A stretch of DNA of 34,953 nucleotides from Paraphysomonas bandaiensis (lineage: Eukaryota > Protista > Chrysophyceae), in contig CBFFRP010000535.1 of NCBI GenBank assembly GCA_965644295.1, positions 1 to 34,953 of the forward strand, in the 5' to 3' direction. This document shows positions 9,729 through 23,447 of this stretch, piece after piece; position 1 is the first letter of the stretch; every line of letters begins with the position of its first letter. A model generated the notes under the pieces. The model saw only the letters and a list, made by a program, of their open reading frames with translations. It was not told where the DNA came from and did no database searches. The translations under genes and the position numbers were made by a program.

Positions 9729-10430
9729 TGCTAAGGCTTGCTGTTCTCAATTCTCAAATTGATACGATTGAAATTATAACATTATATGATGAAGAAACTA
9801 AGTTGTATTCGGTGTGTTCAACACCAATCATATACTTCTAAAATGTACAAGCCACACACGAAGTAGTCGTATCCCGACTAGTCACCAAGTTATACTTCAG
9901 TTTCATGCTACAATATAACATACTAATAACATAATATTATAGATATATCTTTCGATCCTTGCATCTCACATAATACTGCACTCAATTGCAAGCATATAGA
10001 ATATTCAGATCTCAGCACTCCCCCTCAATTGAGTGTTGTATTATGACACCTCCTAGCAATTGTATGACTGAGAAAAAAATTCTTGACAGTAAAATAGACT
10101 CATCTCTAAGTGTAAACCTCTATCTAAAAACCCAGTGCCTACTTGTGTCTTCTTTTATCTCTTGGTCCCTCATCAATCACCTCAGTAGAACTCTTAATTT
10201 ATTTCTCCTTCTCTGCTCCATGTATGATAAAGCAACCAATGACTTTGTGTAACTGTCTGCTGCTTGTTGAGATGTATGCACATGCACTAATTTAATTGTA
10301 TTGAACTGATTGGGATCCACATGCTCTCTCACCATGTGCTTCGACTTCTTGTAAAACACTGGGTTTTCGGTCAAATCCTGGGTACTCTGGCTGTCGAATA
10401 GTATTAGTGTATTGTAGGATGACATATATT
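9729..10430 (-). mobile_element. Ty1/Copia 3' remnant: RNase H fragment, PPT and 3' LTR
   Basis: DSQSTQDLTENPVFYKKSKH...IKLVHVHTSQQAADSYTKSL (Copia RNase H); PPT TTGAGGGGGAG at 10028-10018; putative 289-bp LTR 10017-9729 with termini TGCTGAG...CTTAGCA. Confidence 0.8.
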
Positions 10431-11677
10431 ATAACTGTTAATAAAGCTCTGCTGTACAGGGGACAAAGTGCGGTACTGAACATGCGATCTTGACTTGGAG
10501 GTGAGTGGCCCCAACCTCCCGCACGCAGAAGCAGAACTACGGGCGGTACTATTACGAGTGTCGCACGTGCTTTCATTTGTTTTCTCTGTGGGGCACGCTG
10601 CGAAGAGGATTGTTCTTGCTATTTTTCCCTCCAGAGCTTTCTAAATGAAGTCAAAGAAAGCGAAGTATTGGGACTCAGTGGCTGTTGAGGCTCTACACGA
10701 TCTTTGGTCTCCAATACATGCACTGATAAGATGTTGCATAATTATAGGGTGAGTTTTATTTGTATTGTCTGCTTTACTAGTGGGTGATATGGAGCAATAA
10801 ATGCTCGAACAACAAGCCATTCTGATTAGCAAGGATTACATAAACACAGACGCAGGGAGGAACTGGGTTAGGAAGAATGTCTGAGCGGTATGGGCGCACC
10901 CCGGCTTCCCTGGGTTGGGGTGAAATCAAAGTCGTGCCTTTCTATCTCAATCTTTCATGGCATCGTCATGATAATGATGAGGCTGATTGATATCATGCAT
11001 ACCAGGCCGGCTTATGGATTCGTAGTGTCACGGTATCCCATACAGTCAGTTCGCGTTATGGTGGATGGTGTGTACCATAAGCCATACTGTCCACCACAAC
11101 GGCACCATCCACGATTAGATAACCCAGGTTTTTGTTTAAAAAACCACTATAACGGGGATATCCACCATACGTCGTCCACCGTATCCGATCTAGATATTCA
11201 CTTGGCTGTGCGTTGTGCAGATACAGTAAAAAACAGAGTACATTCCGTATACCAGTATACCGTGTACCATATACAGTACCCTTATCTGGAATGGAGGAAC
11301 GTTCGAAACGTTATGTAAGAAACCAAGTATCAGGAGCAGCAGAGTGTTGCCAGTTATTTCCGTATGTGTGATGCATTCATATCGTCACGAGCGGTATTTT
11401 TGTTATGAAACGATCAACAAAATCAACATGAAGTCAGAGGCAGTGAGGAGCGACGAAGTCAACACTACCCGCCTGGTGCAGTAGATCATATATAGCTATC
11501 TGCCCAACACTGTTCACAGCTCTTATTATTATCACTCACTCACTAGTCTCACGTACCCCTCTACCATCACATGCAAAGGCTTTAAGTATCAGCATTTCCA
11601 TATCTTGTGTTTAAAGATCGGTTATAATCAGCCGTGTATGTGGTGTATAGGGTTATAGTTACGACACTTTCATTCTA

Positions 11678-14041
11678 ATGGGCTGCGGCGCTAGTTCGCA
11701 GAAAGTGCAGTGTGGTGATAGGCCCAATGACCCGTCCAACACGAGCGTTCCAGTGAAAAACGGAAAAGTCAGTAAAGCTAACAAAAAAGCGGCTGTGTTG
11801 GAACAGAACGCTAAGGCGCGGAGGTCTCAACAAACGAAAACTGAAAATATGGTTCATGAGGAATATGAGAGAGGTCAGTCATCAGAGTGCTAACCTATTT
11901 CATACTCATTGGATATGGCAACAGATATTACTGAATTTTACGAAATAAATAATGGGGCCATATTAGGAGAGGGAATAAGTGGGTCAGTACGGATGTGTAC
12001 ACACAGGGAGGTAATTTTCGACCAGTAAATTTGTAACTGTCAAGAGATCTCAATTGCGTAACTTGTTTGTAGACTGGCATTGAATATGCACTTAAAACTC
12101 TTGATAAGTCAAAGCTCAAAGCAGATGCCCTCAATAACCTTCGACAGGAAATACGTATCATGGCTCAGGTTGACCACCCCCATATTATCCGCCTCCATGA
12201 ATGCTTTGAAGACAAGAAGTGTATTAGACTTGTACTGGAGCTGTGTACTGGAGGTACGTATGGTATTGATCTGGTATGCTTTTCGGTATATTAGAGATGT
12301 TATATGAATTATTATTTCGAGTTTTGATTAGATTGCAGGTGAGCTGTTGGACCGACTTCATGCGCAGTCTGGTCACCATTATACTGAGCGGGTAGCTTGT
12401 GGTTATGTCCAGACAATGCTAAGTGCAATACGCTATTTACATGAACACAACATTGTCCACAGAGGTACTTCACCTTATTTGTAATGTGACTTTTTGGAAA
12501 TGTATATATGTATATCGACTTATGTTTGTTGGGTTTGTGTTATGAATATAATATATCAGATCTTAAGCTGGAAAACTTTTTATTTGAGAGCACTGACGAC
12601 GATTCTCAAATGAAGTTGATCGATTTTGGTCTCTCCCAGTTCTTCGAGGAGAACGAGATAATTGTGAGCCCTGTGGGAACCCCATACTATGTGGCCCCTG
12701 AGGTATTGAGTGGGGCGTACGCAAATAAATGTGACGTGTGGTCAATTGGTGTGATTGCATTCATGTTACTGTCTGGTACACCACCTTTTTACGGCAAAGA
12801 TGATCTTGGAACTTTGCGCTCAGTACGAGCAGGGAGGCTTGTCTTTGAAGACAAGTACTTCAAAAATATTTCTATGACCGCAAAAAATTTTATTTCCTCG
12901 TGTTTGACAAAAAATGTTGAGAAGCGTCCAGATGCACGTACTCTGCTAGGGCATGATTGGTTTCGAATGCTTCAAGTAGATATGCCATCTCCATCGTTGA
13001 ATGTATGTGCTAGACTAGTTAGTTTTGAGAAACGTACAGCTTTGACGAAGTTGTGTATGGAAGTTGTGGCACACACTCTAAGCTCCGAACAGATCAATAA
13101 CTTAAGGACACAGTTCAAAATGCTCGATACCGACAATACCGGAGAAGTAAGTTATACGGACTTAATGCACGTGCTCAAGCGACAGGGGAAAGTGTCAACT
13201 GCCAATATGGAGCAAATATTTGGCAGCACCTCTTTTAGTGATTCGACGAAGCTGAAGTACCACCAGTTCTTGGCAGCCACATTGAGTAGACAGGCAATCA
13301 CTGAGAACAACATGAGGGTGGCATTTGAAAAGCTTTCGAAACATCATGAGTGTATAACGTTCGAAGATATCAAAGACTTACTGGGGAAAGAAGCCACTGA
13401 TGAGGAAATTCGAAACATGATGCGTGAAGTGAATGTTGACCCGGACAATAGCACCATATCATACGATAATGTAAGTGTATACAGTCTAGTATGCAATAGT
13501 TTTATCTACTTGACCCATATTCTGTGCATATTGCTTAATAGATATATATATTCGTGCGGATATGTCTGAATATGAATATTTGATAATTTCGTTGAACAGT
13601 TCAAGACCATCATGCATGGGGGTGACCAAAGCCCAATGATAAATACACCATACAATAAGTACAGAAAACAAATCAGTTTTGGTTCACCATCGTCAGGTAT
13701 ACAGTACAATTGTCGCACTAAAATGCTCTCAGTATATTCACCCCTCTGACAATACCTCTGACATTTGTATAGGTGGCTCGCGCAAAATGTCGGCCCCGAG
13801 AAGTGGTAGAAGTACCCCCTTGGCGAGAAAAGCTATCACTAATCGGGCCATGTCTCTCTCTTCTCCCACTGAGGAAGATGTGCCATCCGCTGAAAGTTCG
13901 TCCTCTCCAATGAGGCCGGAGACACTTGTATTTGAGGATGACGCTTCTTCACAATGTGCTTCGCCATTAGTCAAAATGCCCGAACAGGAGAATGATGATT
14001 ATATACCCCCCCCGCCCAGTTCACATCCGCCGTCTCCGTAG
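11678..14041 (+). CDS. Calcium-dependent protein kinase (CDPK-like), 7 exons
   Basis: MGCGASS acylation motif; spliced kinase domain LGEGISGSV, YALK, HR|DLKLEN, DFG, GTPYYVAPE, DVWSIG; EF-hand DTDNTGEVSYTDL plus degenerate EF-hands; Ser/Pro-rich tail; all introns GT-AG. Confidence 0.93.
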
Positions 14042-15669
14042 CCGCACCACATCATGTATCTGTTATGACAAGATATCTTGTCATGCTAACTCTAAGTATA
14101 ACTCCTTTTATAATTTTGTCAATGCGTATGAAATATAGCGGAATAGTGAATATATATGTAATTGATAATCACCATTATGAGTAGCGTTATTTTCACAGGA
14201 TTGAAGTCTTATCCTGATTGCTATCAATATATTATGAACCTCATCATACAAAGCAGCAATTATAGGGTACAACTACTTCAGTCTTATTTAGTAATATAAT
14301 GCTAGATAGTAAGAAACTATCATGAATAGCCTTTTAACTTCTAAGTAAGAAAGTTCAATTAAAGAGTAAACACAGAGCTATATTATTAACAATTACTGCT
14401 TACCATTATTTATAGTCTATAGTAGCTTTCTGCTACATTGTTTTGCTGCACCCCTGTCAAATATATTGAGTTTAGCAATTAAAAGATGTATTTTTTAGGT
14501 ATTCATACTATGACCGTTAGCTTAATGCTTAATAATACTGTAGTTGTAATCTGTAGTAAGTAGTAGTACATTATACATACTTAGTAACACTTATTTCTAT
14601 CTTCTACCTATATCCCCATTTATATATAAGTTTCTTGTATTACATTTTGACGACAGAGAGAGTGCGAGAGTGCACATTTGTGTTACATTAAACAATTATA
14701 TGATATGAACATATATGAACATATATATACGAACTATGTTAGATAAAACGAGATCTATTGTCAATTATCAGACCTAGTCAATTCTTTGTCAATTCGGTGT
14801 AACTTCCTCCAGTCGCACCAAAATCGGGGTTAAAACCTAGTCCTTTATTTAATAATTCATTTTTCAGTTTACAATGACTAGGTTGACTAGGTGTTTATGG
14901 TACTCACCTATAGTCAGAAACAAAAATTTCTACGCAAACATGAATTTGGGAGCATACTCTACCCATCAATTCATGCAACACATCATAGTTTCTCGTCACC
15001 AAGTCCGGCGAAGTTCTACATATTCTTTCATTTCCATCGTTGATGAAGGTCAGACGCATTGAAGGCCAGCCGCGTGTCCATGCAGACTTGATTGGGCTCG
15101 ACATGATGTGCTTCTCATTGAATGTCCCCTGACCTATGCAGTCATCAAAGCCATCTAGTGGAGAGAAGTGAAGAGAGAAAAGCGCTATCACTCATCATAG
15201 AGCATATGAGATCTAGAAATGTCCTTCATATTCATGAGGTTTTATCGACAACTTGATTGACCCCTGCTCTTCTCCATATCATTGACAAGGAACTCATCGC
15301 TATATATATACGAATACTCTATATTAAAGATATGCTGGATAGACATACATACACTGTGTTAAGTATATATATATAATATATAAATTAAATTATGCACGTT
15401 ACGTTTGAATATTTTTGTTTTGATGCTCTGAAAGCCATTATCATGTTGTGTGGTGTGAGTTGGTATCTTAGATCTTAGACAGTCACGATATGTGTAATTA
15501 ATGGATATAATATATATTAAAACAACAACTAGGTTTAATACCAAATATAACTACGTTATCGAATCATTATTACTTTGACCAGGTATTTATACCAAGTGTG
15601 ACTAGTAGTACGTAATTTAACCCATTTGACTAAGTTGAACATACAACTACTACAGTGACCACTGCAGTC

Positions 15670-16178
15670 ACTAACGTGAGCCGAATATATATAGTCAGCA
15701 GTCAGCAGATAATTTTCTGCCCACTCATAGCCAAATACTTATGTAGACGTCTTTGTCTTTGAGCACTGACGAATAAACAGGCATCCGAGTGTTCACCTAC
15801 TTAAGAACTCATAAATCCTGAATTCAGCAGATGTCAGGTATATTAACAATCTGCTTGCTCACTGCGTTTGCTTTGAGTGATAGAGCGGAGGTGGTTGCCT
15901 GCGGTGACGCACAAGCGTCTTTCGTAGTGCTAAATAGTAGAATGAATATCAAAGTTAAGCACTAGTTAGTAATGCTAAATTAGTTCTGACTCCTACACGC
16001 CAATTGCTAATATAAGGCATTCTCTACTATTGTGTATTCAGAATCCCTCAGTAACATCGCCGTTGAAAAACTTTTAACAAATGGGATAAAATGTAAGTAC
16101 TTAAATTTCAACATTTAATTGCTTAACTTTGAGCAACTCTCAACACAAATTCCTCTCAACAGTAGTATAATGTAAATT
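15670..16178 (+). mobile_element. 5'-truncated retroposon copy, variant with ~150 bp 3' extension
   Basis: Starts at CTAACGTGAGCCG; aligns in inverted orientation with 21247-21820. Confidence 0.85.
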
Positions 16179-17114
16179 CCCGAGATACATGTATAACAGA
16201 CGTTGACGCCTGCAAGTATTCAAGATCTAGGATTGAGAACTCCAAGCTACCTTTAGAAACTCTTCGGTACACATGATTGAGTAAGGGATATTAATGATTA
16301 TTATGGTCGAATGATGCTTTACATTCGATCTTGAATGTTTGTGAGAGAAACTGAATATTTAATTTGCATGAAATTTTATTAAAGTGTTTAGGGGCAATAG
16401 CCGATACTGCACCCACTAATAGCCCCATATAAATTGCGAGGTATGTGTATGATATGCATTGTTCTGTATGTATCCAAAAATCTAGTCCTCAGAGAACATT
16501 GACAACAAGCGCATGCAGGCCCCATCATGCCTGCGAGAAACGGTGGCACGCGTTCATCACTGACGACTCCGCCGATGTGATGACCCAAATGCCAGAAAAC
16601 TGGAAGACCACCTATCCAGTACATACAACCCACATGTCTTGTGTACCCACTGTCTAGTTTAGTGGTCCTGAAGATTAGATGAGATACTCGTCATCTCACA
16701 ATGAAATTATAACCGAATGTCATTCCGTGCTCATAGATATCAGCTCAGATATCGACGAGCGATATATCCATGCATATACTAACTATATCTAGATATCTGG
16801 AGATGATATGCCTGTAGATATGCAGTCCACACGTAGGAATATACCGCCGTACACTTCACTCTGTACGAAATTGTGTATAGTGCGATATACCCCGTATACC
16901 AGGTATACATATTTTTCATAGTGGTGTGCAGACACAGCGCTCCAGTCTAGTGGAACAGTGTACGATAGCAAGAGAGGGATGCAATGAGCGTCATAGATGG
17001 AACACAAACACATTCTCACTCTTGACTTCTGACATTACATTCCTACCCTAACATTCGGACCACTGGGCTTGATTTATAGGAGGTTTACACAAACTGTGCT
17101 CTGAGAGTATTATA

Positions 17115-20100
17115 ATGCCAGAAGAAGGTGCTCCGACTAACGTTGATTTCACACGCCCTGTGGGCCCTGGTAACAGCATGCGGCCTTTCTTATGTACGAC
17201 CTCAACGTGTTTGAATAGTGCGGACGTATGAGGAGGAAATGAGTTTCATAAAGCGTCTCTCTCCGTATAAATTCCAAATATCGCCTGGCTTTGTACCCAA
17301 CATGAATGTGTGTTCAGAATGATCCTATATGTTTACGAACTAATATCTGTTGACTTAGGTTCCAGGGGTGTTTTACGCCAACGAAGCGTTACAAGAACTT
17401 GTATTCGATGAACTCGAACAACACAGCAAGACTGGAGGATATGGGGGATTTCTGCCAGCAGTGAAACAAATCGCAAACGTTGCTGCATTACCAGGAATAG
17501 TCAAGTGCTCTATAGGTACTAAATGAATTCAGGGTTTAAAATTTAGTCTTGTAATGTGATATTGACTTAAGGCCTTCCTGATACTCATTCGGGCTACGGG
17601 TTTGCGATAGGTATAATCATTACTTGTGCTGTAAACTAGACCAACTTCGAGTAATGGGGCTTGATTTGTTGGCACTATGTTCAAAAACTGTGTATCACCG
17701 AGGAGTGTACTCTCCTTTCATCCACTGGATATATATACAATAGCTAACATATATACACGCCACATTGACTCACTGCAATGCAATATATCTAGGAAATGTC
17801 GCCGCGTTTGATATGGAGAATCCGGAGTCCGTTGTATCACCTGGTGGAGTTGGATTTGATATCAATTGCGGAGTGGTGTGTAGAATTGTTGCAAATTGTC
17901 CCGCAATGACGGTAGCGTTCTTACTAGAGGCTTTTGAGGACTAATTTAACAGAGGCGGAAGTTGGACCAGTGAGGGAGGAACTTGCACAGGTAAGCACCG
18001 TTAAGTATTTTGAACTTATGCACATGAATCTGTTGCAAGTGCGTATGTTGGCATGTATCACAGCATGAGCAACAATTCACTTAATAGTACATAATACATA
18101 ATGTTGTGAACAGCTTCTCTTTGATCATATCCCAGTTGGGGTTGGGTCGAAAGGTGTCATACCTACGTCAGGTACAGGGAACAATTGTCTTGTGTACACT
18201 CTGCAATCATGTGTAATTTGTAGTATTGCGTAATGATCGTCCACTTTCAAATCCGTGAGAATATTCGTTGCACTATGCATGTCGTGTATGATCCATGTTA
18301 TATACGCAGCCCAGGACCTGGACGCTGCCCTGGAGATGGGAATGGACTGGAGCATACGCGAGGGGTACGCATGGGCAGAAGATAAGGAGCACTGCGAGGA
18401 ATACGGACGTATGCTACAGGCTGATCCCAACAAGGTAAATAGCCTACATGACTATTAGTAATATATGTTAAGCTATTAGCATTTTATGTGCACGGTGTAA
18501 TAAAATTTGCGGTGTGCAGTGTGTGGTGTACGAAATACTAATGTCATTGCCTTTTTGTGAGTATGAGTAAATGTATATTATTTAACTAGAATGATGTCTG
18601 ATGTAAATGTCTGATGCATGTAAAACCTGGTTGTAAATATATTGCCGATATGTAGGTCGGCAAACGGGCTAAGAAACGTGGTCTACCCCAACTAGGGACC
18701 CTTGGAGCAGGTTAGTGTCTGCTTTTGGTTTGATGTACTAACTTCTCTCTTCCTGTTTGGCAGGAAACCATTACTGTGAAATACAGGTATTGGTTTGTAT
18801 TTTGCTGCATGGAACTTCTTGAATATAGCTTATTTGTCATATAATATTGCTTATTGGTATTTAGGTTGTTGATGAAATATTTGATGCGAGGGCTGCTGCT
18901 CGAATGGGAATAGATCGAGTTGGACAGGTCTGCGTAATGATCCACAGGCAAGTACATCTGTAACACAAATTTGTTTGTGGTTTATTACACATGTTATGGC
19001 TTTGGTAATGCAGCGAAACTTGGTTTTGCATCGTCTAGATGATGATGTGAAATGTTTTGTAATATCCAGCATATTGTTGATGATGACTTCACAGTGGGTC
19101 GAGAGGTTTGGGACATCAGGTCGCAACAGATGCTCTGACAGCTATGGAAACTGCAATGGCAAGGTAGGTTTCTATTGAAGCAGATGTATGGGAACTCACC
19201 AGCGGTGACGCTATAGGGACGGACTAACCCCAAATGACAGGCAACTGGCCTGTGCCAGAATTCAGAGTCAAGGTAGGCCTGTTTAAGAATATCGAATTTG
19301 AGACTGATCTGTTCCAGAGGGATCTGATTATTTGGCTGCCATGGCTGCTGCAGCGAATTACGCTTGGGTAAGAAGCGTGCATGATGAAACGCATTACGAA
19401 TCCTCATGAGTCGTAGTCATTATGTTTGATACTCTCTCGACTTCTCTGACTGATCTTGCACCCTAGGTGAACCGCTCCAGTATGACCTTTCTTGCACGAC
19501 AGGCCTTTGCGAAGCAGTTCGAGGTGAGTGTTATGACTGCTTATTTGACCCCACTGGCCGCTTGATGTATTCCTGATCCCTGCAGACAACTCCTGATGAT
19601 CTGGACATGCATGTTATATATGACGTTTCCCATAATATCGCCAAGGTACGTGAAATATGACAACCCTTTCTTGGGGGTAATGTTGGAGGGTATTGAGATG
19701 AATGAGGATAGTAGTGCATGAATGATAAAGTAATTTTTTCGTGAATCAGGTTGAGCAGCATATGGTGGATGGCAAGCCAAAGACATTGCTGGTTCATAGA
19801 AAGGGTAGCACTCGAGCTTTTCCCCCTCACCACCCGCTTATTCCTGTGGATTATCAGTTCACAGGTAGTGGGAAATATAGATATCATTCGTGTGAATAGA
19901 AAATGGCACACTCACTTGTGCGTATTTGTGGGATATATTGTATAAAGTTTCCTGTTTATTGAATGTGCAGGACAACCGGTATTAATCGGAGGAACAATGG
20001 GAACATGTTCATATGTACTCACGGGCACACAACAGGTAAAATGGGGGAACTTATGCGAACCTGCCCTAACAACGGACTGGCGTCTAGGGTATGGAAGAGA

Positions 20101-20406
20101 CATTTGGTTCCACGTGTCATGGTGCAGGCCGAGCACAGGTAGAAATTATCTGCGGTTTGTGAACTGTAGTAACAGTATTCATTCGAATAGAGCCGAAGCA
20201 AGTCACGACGAGTACTCAGCTACCAGGAGGTACTAGACAAATTGGCCGATCAGGGTATCGCGATCCGTTTAGCATCACCTAAGCTTGTTATGGAAGAGGC
20301 ACCAGAGGCATACAAAGATGTTACGGAGGTAGTCAACACTTGTCATAACGCAGGGATATCCAGCAAGGTTATCAAGTTGAGACCTATCGCAGTCATAAAG
20401 GGCTAG
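17115..20406 (+). CDS. RTCB: RNA-splicing ligase RtcB, 20 exons
   Basis: Spliced translation gives [101 protein letters not shown]; 18 GT-AG introns and one GC-AG intron (18948-19094). Confidence 0.97.
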
Positions 20407-20929
20407 CAAGGCGAGTCATTTTTATATTTAATGATAGGTGGAAATGATATCAGAATTTTAGAAGCAATGATGTGTACCTCTACGTCTAGTGTATTCTCAG
20501 GTGTAGATCATAGTTTAACAATTCCATGTTGGTGGGCTCGCGGTGATGGTAACATTTTAATATCTCTAACGAATAATCAGGCTTTATATACGAAGCGTAA
20601 AATTTTATTCAGGGCGATGAATCAGATCAAACGCTGTTGTAGTCACCTCGTAGCAATATGTATTTCAACTTAAGTATAGTGCCATTTTAAGTTTGTAGTT
20701 GTGTGACAAAATCATAGTCGCTATATATAATATAATGCACAGAGTTCTATCAACTTTTGACAAAATTGGATAGTGAAATAAATTAAGTAACTGAACTTGA
20801 TATCAATGCTCAATGCTCTAATTATAAATAATTATGATCAACATGAGATATCATTCATTGTCATTCGCCAAATTATACTATAGCAATAGTATATTGTTAC
20901 AATACTATAACACTTTGTATTGTAGTGTA

Positions 20930-20973
20930 TATTGAAAGTCTTATTATTTAGCAATAGGCGTTAAAAATCTGCA
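20930..20973 (-). mobile_element. 44-bp severely 5'-truncated retroposon copy
   Basis: TATTGAAAGTCTTATTATTTAGCAATAGGCGTTAAAAATCTGCA flanked by TGTATTGTAGTG at 20916-20927 and 20974-20985. Confidence 0.85.
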
Positions 20974-20985
20974 TGTATTGTAGTG

Positions 20986-21241
20986 AATGTCTCATATTAT
21001 TATAAGCAATATATAGGCGTTTAAGAGAGTCAGAACTAATTTAGCATTGCAATTTAGCTAACTAGTGCTTAACTCAGATATCCTACTATTTAGCACCACG
21101 AAATCTGAAACATCACGGTGCAACCCCTTTCTCTCTATCACTCAAAGCAAACGCAGTGAGCAAGCAGATTGTAAATATACCTGACATCTATCTGCTGAAT
21201 TCAGGATTTATAAGTCCTTAAGCAGGTGAACAACCCGGGTG
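20986..21241 (-). mobile_element. 5'-truncated retroposon copy (second subfamily)
   Basis: Direct repeat of ~21405-21650 (AGAGAGTCAGAACTAATTTAGCATT ... CTCAAAGCAAACGCAGTGAGCAAGCAGA). Confidence 0.85.
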
Positions 21242-21246
21242 AACAG

Positions 21247-21900
21247 AATTTACATTATACTACTGTTGAAAGGAATTTATGTTGAGAGTTGCTCAAAGTT
21301 AAGCAATTAAATGTTGAAATTTAAGTACTTACATTTTATCCCATTCGTTAAAAGTTTTTCAACGGCGATGTTACTGGGGGACTCTGAATACACAATAGTA
21401 GAGAATGTAATATATTAGCAATTGGCGTGTAAGAGAGTCAGAACTAATTTAGCATTACTAACTAGTGCTTAACTTTGATATTCATTCTACTATTTATTAG
21501 CACTACGAAAGACGTTTGTGCGTCACCGCAAGCAACCACCTCCGCTCTATCACTCAAAGCAAACGCAGTGAGCAAGCAGATTGTTAATATACCTGACATG
21601 TCTGCTGAATTCAGAATTTATGAGTCCTTAAGTAGGTGAACAGCCCGGGTGCCCTTGAGGTGGGCCCATTCCCGGATACCTGTTTATTCGTCAAGGCCCA
21701 GCCAAGGACGTCTACACTAGTGACATTTATATTAGTGTCCGTGTTGTACTACACAAGCATTTATTTGGCTATATGAGTGGGCAGAAACTTATCTGCTGAA
21801 TATATATGCGGCTTACGTTAGTTTCTCGGAGAAATATCTCCGGTACTTATATACCCCCCAGAACACTATACGAAAAGGTGCAAGCTCAACTTTGTTAAGG
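21247..21900 (-). mobile_element. Full-length retroposon copy with 3' extension
   Basis: 5' end TTTGTTAAGG at 21891-21900; shares the extension with 16020-16178. Confidence 0.85.
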
Positions 21901-21934
21901 GAGTGTCATAATGTACATTGTAGAGAATATGTTA

Positions 21935-22400
21935 GTTTTGGACCTGGCGGGTCACTCTCGTGGGGTTCCAAACTTCAGTATACTGTAGTTACTACATCGA
22001 TTATGCAAGCTGAGTGTCAATGTCTTTTTAACGGATTACAGGAAATAATAATAAATAATAGTATATGTGGTTTCAGGGGGTGACAGAGAGGAGAAATGTG
22101 GGGCTGAAAATTGACGAACCCACACCATTATTCCTGGATAGTCAAAATGCTCAGGATAATATTATATATATAATATCTAAAATCCAGTGCAACATGAACA
22201 ATCAAAACAACGTAGTGAGGTATATATCAAGTAGTAGTATCATGATGTGATTAGTAGGGAGAATGTGTGGATCCCGAACAGTTTTAAATTATAAATAAGC
22301 GAAATTAATTCATGCTAGCAGTCTACAACAGATGGCTGATATATATACCAAGGCGTGGTTGCGGGGTCCAGTGTATATTTATTGATGAACGAAATCTTAG
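21935..22400 (+). pseudogene. Degraded Ty1/Copia RNase H fragment
   Basis: SLSWGSKLQYTVVTTSIMQAEC...LQE, WF...PTPLFLDSQNAQD, NPVQHEQSK, QMADIYTK across frameshifts. Confidence 0.85.
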
Positions 22401-22572
22401 GGGTAAACTAAAAGACTACTGAACGGATTATAGCAGAGCGCAGAGGTACCCAAAAGGTAAAGAGAGCTCGTCGTAACTAGCTTTTGGAGTCATACGTGTA
22501 CTTTGAGGGTCGTCGATGGTTGCGTATCCGATAGCGATAATCTTTATCATAATAAATTATTCTAGAATGAAG

Positions 22573-23360
22573 AAGTCGAGGTAATATACCAAAACCTGCT
22601 CGTGAAATATTTGTGGTAGGAAAAGGGTATAAATATGCACAATAACTAAATATGAAGTTATATATATATAATATATAAATATATTATTATAGTGTGAAGA
22701 GTATTGTTTATATTATATCTTTCTACTTTCCTATAATATATATATATTATATTATTTCTGTGTTTTACAGCAACAATAGAAGTCACTGATTATACACATA
22801 CATACATATATATTATTATCATACATGCATAATATAATATATTATTATATAGTTTATAAGCTACTCCGTCAAACATGGGGTGCTATTCTTTGACGAAGAA
22901 GTTAATATATTTTTTATATAAAATAGTATTTTATAATAATATAATATAAAACAAACACTACCACTTAATATTATTATATAACGCTTACAATAATATCATC
23001 TTATATAATATATATATATATATATTATATACTATAACCTTATTTTTTAAGAGCCTCGCAAAAGTAACTTGCCGCTAGATTGTTGTCATCATGCTGTCCA
23101 TCATTATAATAATATTGATGTCGTATTCAGGCTATTCGGTTGGAGTGTTTACAATCTCAATATAGAGGCAGGGGCAGCTTGTAATGCAATTAAATACTTC
23201 TCTACTCTATTAACAACTATTATTGCGACCTTTTCTTTATTTTTAAACTCTCAGCAGATACAAATTAAATCACAGTAAAATAATATACTGCAATACTTAG
23301 ATATTATATAGAACTTGGTGAAATTGCTTTTTAACAGGTTTTGGTATATTACCTCGACTT
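22573..23360. mobile_element. MITE-like element with perfect 26-bp terminal inverted repeats
   Basis: AAGTCGAGGTAATATACCAAAACCTG (22573-22598) and its exact reverse complement (23335-23360) around a very AT-rich non-coding interior; no clear TSD. Confidence 0.75.
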
Positions 23361-23447
23361 ATATAATATTGTTAACTACATCCAATAATGGAGTGGGAGT
23401 GTTGAGTTCTACAGTTTATATATATATAGTGCAATTGAAGTGAGTCA

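Noticed and set aside
18125-20236. Many short ORFs on both strands
   Set aside because: Exon read-throughs or antisense shadows of the spliced RTCB gene.
21891-21906. PPT-like GAGGGAGTG ends suggesting the family is an LTR/TRIM element
   Set aside because: In copies with clear boundaries the bases after GAGG belong to the TSD; no TG...CA LTR pair or PBS.
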